This document shows, piece after piece, positions 63,101 to 64,000 of a stretch of 64,000 nucleotides of DNA (its first letter is position 1; each line of letters starts with the position of its first letter). The notes beneath the pieces are model-generated. The model was not told the DNA's origin and did not search any database. It saw only the letters and a list, made by a program, of their open reading frames with translations. The translations under genes and the position numbers were made by a program. Source of the DNA: Octopus vulgaris (taxonomy: Eukaryota); the NCBI GenBank assembly GCA_951406725.2, contig OX597814.1, positions 98,022,001 to 98,086,000 on the forward strand. The letters run 5' to 3'.

Positions 63101-64000
63101 AGCAGTAACAGTCACAGAAACTCCAACAACAGCAACGAGGCTCCAAATACAACATCAACATCAGTGGCAGGAACATCAACAACACGAAGACACCCATCTC
63201 TTCTACAAAAACTACGACACTGCTAACAGGAACAATTTTAATAACTCCCGCCTAATACCACAGGACATGCCCCTCTTCACTTCGGATCATTTTGGCATGT
63301 CGTGTCATATAGATGACCAGAAAGAAGAATGGAAGACTGTCCCGATAAGAAGAGAAAGAATATAAGAAATAAACTTGTCCATACACAAACATACAAACTG
63401 ACTGGAGAAAACTAAAAGCAACATGTCCTGCAGCAATATCAACATCAATTTCACTTCGAGGACCATCATCATCACCAGAGAACTACCATCACCACAAACG
63501 ACACAAAAAACAAACAAACAAAAAACCACAAATGTAACGCAATTCACACTCATAATATCAAGAACAACACTCGCACATTGAATAAAACTTCGACCACAGA
63601 CACAAGTAATAAAAAAAAAGTTTAATAGAATGTACGCACCAATAAACAAACGTTACGAGCAATGGTTAAAAGTTATAACATGCCAACTTACTTTCAAATT
63701 CAAGAAACATAGAACACAGTGAAGACAAACTATCCTGATGAACCAAACCTTTTCTTTTACCATACAACCATTGTATGATTCATAGTCGCTCGATATTTTG
63801 TACACATTTGGTGTGGTGTACTAGAAGACTTGTGAGGAAAGAAAAGGTCTACAAGACATGTCAACCTAACTGCATATTGATGAATGGTTAGCTAGGAGTT
63901 GTATTATTTGGTCTGGTTACATACTGCCCCACCTCTAAAAATCCAATCACAATGTTCAGATTTTATTAATATGTTTATTTACAAATTGAGGATCCTTTCG

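Overview
AT-rich, microsatellite- and transposon-dense animal DNA, most likely a coleoid cephalopod (Octopus-like; inferred from the SINE families and the TA/CA/ACAT microsatellite load, not proven). One host gene is recognisable: three in-phase minus-strand exons (21142-20731, 5979-5784, 346-177) of an LRRC74A/B-like leucine-rich-repeat gene that runs off the left edge. The rest is mobile DNA: three tRNA-derived SINE families (>25 copies), CR1/L2-type LINE pieces, a near-intact R4/Dong element inside (TAA)n, three kinds of Penelope-like elements (PLEs), mariner, Tc1 and maT-like transposons, two Helitrons, MITEs and a tRNA-Val-like gene. Most short ORFs in the track are microsatellite artefacts. 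The main result is about a dozen hammerhead ribozyme (HHR) motifs from at least 8 unrelated sequence families. Most are minimal type I with a family-specific palindromic stem III, several sit in ~335-404 bp tandem units resembling non-LTR retrozymes, one pair forms a near-perfect head-to-head palindrome, and many abut (TA)n. Second, an ORF1-only (HAL1-like) retroelement shares its 3' end with an abundant SINE. All motifs were read by eye; no folding or database search was run, and repeat boundaries are approximate.
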